This document shows, one piece after another, positions 63,766 through 64,000 of a DNA stretch of 64,000 nucleotides. Position 1 is the stretch's first letter, and the number at the start of each line of letters is the position of its first letter. The notes under the pieces are model-generated. The model was not told where the DNA came from. It saw only the letters and a program-made list of their open reading frames with translations, and searched no databases. The stretch spans positions 7,440,001 to 7,504,000 of the forward strand of contig OZ176056.1 in assembly GCA_964247055.1 (NCBI GenBank), written 5' to 3'. The translations under genes and the position numbers were made by a program. This stretch comes from Paragordius varius (Eukaryota > Animalia > Nematomorpha).

Positions 63766-64000
63766 TTACCATAAATAAGGTTTAATATCTAACATCCTAT
63801 ACATATGATAGAAATAATAAATAATTATGTATAAAATCAATAAAGTCTGATTGATCATTTGATTGTCTCGTTTGAATATTGAGATAGACAATTTTATTTG
63901 AAATGAACATAATATATTTTTGATTTTATAAGCAATTTTATTATGCGGCACGAAGTTTTTAAATCATTCACATAGTCTCATAAGTTTTCTGAAATTTGGC

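Overview
Very AT-rich, intron-rich, transposon-littered animal (metazoan) genomic DNA; not prokaryotic. The animal call rests on the animal-type UPRT and SFXN1/3-type sideroflexin sequences; the species cannot be identified from this window. All exon models below were assembled by hand from GT-AG boundaries and frame continuity. Left: the 3' part of an animal-type uracil phosphoribosyltransferase gene (22-2910, +) and a complete 10-exon sideroflexin gene (5710-12941, +, 321 aa). Right: a 19-exon gene (42342-55722, +, about 1142 aa) with three FLYWCH/WRKY-GCM1-like zinc fingers and two AT-hooks. Between them (17.2-37.5 kb) lies a cluster of five small genes I do not recognise, all predicted to encode signal-peptide, convertase-cleaved secreted precursors: a Gln/Asn/Met-rich one, a head-to-head pair of Gly/Pro/Arg/aromatic peptides, an acidic Tyr-rich one, and a KR-punctuated polyprotein with about 25 short peptides that carries a frameshift. 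Other notable points are 25-27 nt spliceosomal introns, an intron that appears to have been created by a MITE insertion, three TA-flanked foldback MITE families with 21-bp subrepeats, Helitrons (one with a ~155-bp tandem array), several hAT remnants and an RTE-like LINE tail. No rRNA, tRNA or CRISPR features were seen.
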